This document shows positions 56,504 to 60,297 of a stretch of DNA of 60,297 nt, piece by piece; within the stretch, counting starts at the first letter, position 1, and every line of letters starts with the position of its first letter. The translations under genes were made by a program, and so were the position numbers. This DNA comes from a virus (Duplodnaviria > Caudoviricetes): positions 1 to 60,297 of IMG/VR virus record IMGVR_UViG_3300025875_000025; one strand, given 5' to 3'. The notes under the pieces were generated by a model. The model did not search any database. It was not told where the DNA came from and saw only the letters and a list, made by a program, of their open reading frames with translations.

Positions 56504-57954
56504 CAGACGGTCTTCCAACTCGAATTTCCGCTGTCGCGACGGCGGTTGAAGGCGTTGGCCCACGTGTCCACAGGCGCCTCAGCACCCTTCACCCGGGCGG
56601 CCGGGGCCATCTTGTCGAGCAACTGGCCGATGAGTCCCAGAGCGTCCACTTGGTCGTCGTGCTTGCCGGCGGGAAAGGAGAGCAGTTCCGCCTCAAGATC
56701 CGCCAGCCAGGGTGCATCCTCCGGTACCCACAGCCCGTCCACAGCCATCCGGCCGATGATGCTGGCCGCGCGCACCGCCTTGTCGCCGCCGCGGGTCGGG
56801 AACACCTCGCGCGCCACATGGGCACCCAAGGCCCGCATGCGCTGGTTGATGAACGGCCCGAGGGCGCTGCGGATCTGGCCGGTTTCCTCGGCCCACCGGA
56901 GCGGCTTCCACTGTTTCACGAGGGCGCAGAAGGCGTCCACAGTGAGGTCCGACGTGGCCTGCTGGCGCCAGAGGGCCGGCAGCCAGAGCCGGTTTTCCGC
57001 ATCCAGGCCCGCGACCGCATGCACCGTGAAGTCGCCACCGTCAGCGGTCAGGGCGTAGTCGCTGGCGCCGTAGACCCGGAGGTTGGCCGGCACCTTGCCG
57101 CGCTTGATCCACTCCTTGCGGAACAGGGTGCCCTCATCGGGCGCCGGGCGCTGCTGGTAGAGGGCCGTGAAGTCCCGCGTGCCGACCGCGCCACGGATGC
57201 GCTCAAGGACCGGCAGCGGGTAGGCTTCGGGCCAGAGGGCGGTGCCCGCGTCGCTGATGGCCGGCAATTCCAGCACGTCCCACTGGTCGCCACCCGCCGC
57301 CTGCTGCGCCAGGAGCCGCCCGGCGAGGTCGTCCTCATGCCAGCGTGTCTGAGTCACCACCACCCGACCGCCGGGCATTAACCGCGTGTAGGCCGTGGAG
57401 GTGTACCAATTCCAGGCCCGGTCGCGCATCGTGGCGCTCTCGGCCTCGGCCCGATCCTTCACCGGGTCATCAATGCTGAGGATGTCGGCGCCGCGGCCAG
57501 TGACCGCCGTTCCAACACCCGCCGCGACGTAGCTTCCCCCGTGGTTGGTGTTCCAGCGGTCCTGCGCCCGGCTGTCCTGCGCGAGGGACACACCAGGGAA
57601 GAGGACGGAAAACTCGGGGGAGGCGATGATATTGCGGACGGATCGGCCGAAGTCCCCCGCTAGGTCGCTGTTGTAGCTCGCGCTGATGAACTGGGAAGCC
57701 GGGTTGCGGCCCATGAACCAGGCCGGGAACCGCTTGGACGCCAGCTCAGACTTTCCGTGCCTCGGCGGCATGAAGATCATGAGGCGTGAAATCTCGCCCC
57801 GCTCCACCGCCTCCAGCTTCGCCGCGATCTTTTCGTGCAGATGGGCGACCTGATAGCGGGGGAGCGTGTAGGACGTGAAGCCGAGCAGGCTAGTGCAGGC
57901 CGCCCTCCGCCTCGTCAATTCCAAGCGCGCTGCCAGCAAGGGCGAGAGCTTCAA
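56503..57954 (-). CDS. terL: Terminase large subunit
   Basis: MPPRHGKS, TGRGAD..IDDP, TRWHEDDL, FPAGKHDDQVD; start approximate. Confidence 0.95.
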   Translation of the reverse strand: MKLSPLLAARLELTRRRAACTSLLGFTSYTLPRYQVAHLHEKIAAKLEAVERGEISRLMIFMPPRHGKSELASKRFPAWFMGRNPASQFISASYNSDLAGDFGRSVRNIIASPEFSVLFPGVSLAQDSRAQDRWNTNHGGSYVAAGVGTAVTGRGADILSIDDPVKDRAEAESATMRDRAWNWYTSTAYTRLMPGGRVVVTQTRWHEDDLAGRLLAQQAAGGDQWDVLELPAISDAGTALWPEAYPLPVLERIRGAVGTRDFTALYQQRPAPDEGTLFRKEWIKRGKVPANLRVYGASDYALTADGGDFTVHAVAGLDAENRLWLPALWRQQATSDLTVDAFCALVKQWKPLRWAEETGQIRSALGPFINQRMRALGAHVAREVFPTRGGDKAVRAASIIGRMAVDGLWVPEDAPWLADLEAELLSFPAGKHDDQVDALGLIGQLLDKMAPAARVKGAEAPVDTWANAFNRRRDSGNSSWKTV

Positions 57955-58282
57955 GCTCCTCGGTGCTCCAGTCGGTGAGGTCGCGCTTGTTGTTGACATC
58001 GACATCCACCGTCTGTGCCGGCTTTCCGTATCCCCTGTTCAGCAGCTCGTTGGCCCCTGCCAGCCGGCTCGGCCAAGGCACGTCCGATTCCACCGGGATA
58101 TCGGTGACGGGCGCGCCCTCCTCAGGCACTTTCCCGCCCCAGATCGCCATCCGATAGAGGTGCAACGCCTCGGGCGAATACTTCTGGAAGGTGTCGCGAA
58201 TGGTGCCAAGGCCCTTAGCGCGGCCACCGGGGTTGCCGGACTGCCCGGGCTTGAAGGAGCCCTTGTTGCGGGTTCTGTTCAT
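57890..58282 (-). CDS. terS: Terminase small subunit-like protein
   Basis: FKPGQSGNPGGR...LLNRGYGKP.Q; precedes TerL. Confidence 0.75.
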   Translation of the reverse strand: MNRTRNKGSFKPGQSGNPGGRAKGLGTIRDTFQKYSPEALHLYRMAIWGGKVPEEGAPVTDIPVESDVPWPSRLAGANELLNRGYGKPAQTVDVDVNNKRDLTDWSTEELEALALAGSALGIDEAEGGLH

Positions 58283-58947
58283 CCCTCCGCCCTCACCTGC
58301 TCGCGCGGCACCATCACCTTCCGCTGGGCGCCGAACACCTCGGTCAGCACCTCCACGAAAGCCTTACCGTCGTCCGTTTCCAAGATGCCCTTGAGTCGGT
58401 CGAAGGCGCCGCCGTCGAACCACACCGGGCCCGGGGCAATCCGCCTTGGCGAGGCCGCCCGCGCTTCCGGGCTGCGATCGATCAGCCCGTCAATCGAACC
58501 GGCCTCCTCGATCAACTGCTCCACGATCCGGTCGGGGATCAGCGTCGGGCGCCCAAAGGTGCGGGAGCCGAGAATGCCGAGCACGTTGGGGCAGGACGCG
58601 ACTTGGCTCCACTCTCGGGGGGTGCTCGCCATAGCGAACAGATACCCGGGAAAGAGGGGGCGGATCAGCGGGTCCTTCTTCCGGCCCTGGCTGACCTCTT
58701 CGCGTGGCCAATGCACATCCAGGCCATCGCGGCGAAGGGCGAACTTAACCTGGGAACCGAGCCCCGGGCGGTGGTGGACACACACCCAATGCGCCGCACC
58801 GGAGGCAAAAGCCCCCGGATTTGCTGCCCCGATCGGGGATGCGCGAACGAAAGCAGGGCTGTTCGAAACGCGCCCGATGCGGTCGCTCTGGCCATAACCT
58901 GACATATCAGGGACTCCCGTGCAAGGGGTTTGTTGGGGGTGGGTCAT
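58279..58947 (-). CDS. NusG/RfaH paralog, putative late antiterminator
   Basis: PLFPGYLF (NGN) and GGAFDRLKG...VFG (KOW). Confidence 0.8.
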   Translation of the reverse strand: MTHPQQTPCTGVPDMSGYGQSDRIGRVSNSPAFVRASPIGAANPGAFASGAAHWVCVHHRPGLGSQVKFALRRDGLDVHWPREEVSQGRKKDPLIRPLFPGYLFAMASTPREWSQVASCPNVLGILGSRTFGRPTLIPDRIVEQLIEEAGSIDGLIDRSPEARAASPRRIAPGPVWFDGGAFDRLKGILETDDGKAFVEVLTEVFGAQRKVMVPREQVRAEG

Positions 58948-59141
58948 GGCCTGGGAGGCCGTGGAAGAGGCCGCCAGTGACTGGGCCGCGACCTAGGGCT
59001 GAGCCGCCCGTCGTAAGGTATCCAGCGCCCCTCGTAGAAAGCGGCGGCATATTGCCGAAACGACACGTCTGGATCGGGCTCAAAGACCAGAACCCAGGTC
59101 ATGTCCTTGGGCGCTGTCTCGATAGGCCGCCACTTACTCAT
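58944..59141 (-). CDS. DUF551-like protein (partial copy at 1-63)
   Basis: WRPIETAPKD...PSHWRPLP. Confidence 0.7.
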   Translation of the reverse strand: MSKWRPIETAPKDMTWVLVFEPDPDVSFRQYAAAFYEGRWIPYDGRLSPRSRPSHWRPLPRPPRP

Positions 59142-59336
59142 GCCTTCTCCCTCCCCATCGCCAACCCCTTCTCCGTCGGCCGCCACCCCCACCCGACGCC
59201 CGGCCGCCACAACGGCTCGCAGGCGCCCGTCTCGTTGGAGAAGGCCGACAGCATCGCCACGACGGCGCTGAGATCCGGCTCGTCGCGGGGCTCGGGGCGC
59301 CAGGAGCCGTCGGCGGGGAGCCAGGCGAGGGCGGGG

Positions 59337-59552
59337 TTAGTCATGGGGCGCCTCGGGGAGCGGCATCCAGTGAGTAAAGCCAGACGCCTCCCCCACCACC
59401 TCGGCCAGTAAGTTCTCCACATACCCAAAGAACACCACATCGCCGTAAGCCTCGTGGCGCACGACGGCCAATTGCGGAGTTTCCCGCGGAAAGTACGCCA
59501 GGAACTCCGTTCCATCCTTGGGCGCCGTATCGATCGATTGCCATCCACTCAC
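59337..59552 (-). CDS. DUF551-like protein
   Basis: WQSIDTAPKDG...THWMPLP. Confidence 0.7.
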   Translation of the reverse strand: MSGWQSIDTAPKDGTEFLAYFPRETPQLAVVRHEAYGDVVFFGYVENLLAEVVGEASGFTHWMPLPEAPHD

Positions 59553-59770
59553 CGCCCCATCCCCTCCCCGCGGATCTTCGGTGTGACGCGCCAGATGCCG
59601 AGGACACGGCGCTTCATCTGTGTAGCGAGCCAGAACTCAGCCTCCACACCCTCCCTATCCAAGGCGGGCGGCACGATGCGTTGACGGTAGGGCAACGATG
59701 ACTGTCTCTTGCCCGGTAATGCCTCCGGCAGCTCCACCACCACCCGCCAATGGCTCATCGCCTCAATCAC
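59549..59770 (-). CDS. Paralog of the HWRVV gene
   Basis: HWRVV...RVLGIWRVTPKIRGEG. Confidence 0.65.
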   Translation of the reverse strand: MIEAMSHWRVVVELPEALPGKRQSSLPYRQRIVPPALDREGVEAEFWLATQMKRRVLGIWRVTPKIRGEGMGR

Positions 59771-60297
59771 CGCTCACCTCCCTCACCCCGAAACCGCGGC
59801 ACCACGCGCCAAACCCCCAGCACGCGGAAACACCGAGCCCGCGTCATCCAGATACCCAAATCCAGGTCCGTGCGGCTGACCACGGGCGGCGACAGCACCT
59901 GGGCGCCGTCCTGGATCGTCACGACGCGCCAGTGGGTCATGGGGGTGGTCATGGCTTCGGGCCTCCGAAGGCTGCTCGTTCGGCTAGGCCGCTCAGGAGG
60001 CAACAAAACAGGAAACCAAGACCCCACCAGAACACCGAGGCCCCCTCATTGATGTCGGCCAGGCCATAGCCCAGCACAGCGCAGTCCAGGACGTTGATCC
60101 GGGGGCGCAGGACGTACCGAAGAGCGGCGTTGAGCATCACGTCCGATCCCCCTCGGCGCAGAGGTCGCGGACAGTCAGCAAGGCGCCCCTGACCAGCATC
60201 ACCGACCGGATCAAAGACTCGTCCTGGCCTTGCGCCCGCAGCGCATCGGCGATCGCATCCAAGACCTCGATAGCACTCGCTTCCCGCTCGAAGCCCA

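Larger units (their letters stand above)
1..60297. mobile_element. Temperate podovirus-like (pro)phage, about one full genome unit (~59.1 kb), integrase internal
   Basis: Terminase, portal, scaffold, capsid, gp10, ejection, lysis, cI/cro, integrase and primase genes; no host housekeeping genes; end regions homologous (1 aligns to 59079). Confidence 0.95.
59079..60297. repeat. Imperfect direct repeat, copy 2
   Basis: Homologous to 1-1008 with different genes at 59337-59770. Confidence 0.95.

Overview
The window is essentially one unit (~59 kb) of a temperate, GC-rich podovirus-like phage with P22-type portal, adaptor, gp10 and ejection proteins and an N4-gp56-type capsid. The host is probably an alphaproteobacterium (alpha-type LexA boxes; Acetobacteraceae/Roseomonas-like by inference). 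From left to right it carries: a small-gene array, a primase-helicase with a probable origin, a cro/cI switch with three operators, an early operon (PEP-CTERM protein, SpoU methyltransferase, YqaJ exonuclease, xis, int), a dUTPase module, a sigma54-type PEP-CTERM moron, lysis, tail/depolymerase, ejection, head and packaging genes, and a NusG paralog. A 2.3-kb IS1595 element with passenger genes interrupts a small gene. The two window ends are diverged, gene-swapped copies of each other. The most notable observations are: two phage PEP-CTERM proteins, one with enhancer and sigma54 promoter; an adaptor protein quadruplicated in nested order; a LexA-boxed promoter antisense to a non-cleavable cI; counter-oriented morons, several leaderless, and two related structured RNAs in the late operon; tandem pseudoknot-like motifs before scaffold and capsid; a hydroxylase+cupin pair in the virion module; and probable CTG/ATT starts. 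All family assignments come from motifs recognised by eye; no searches were run.
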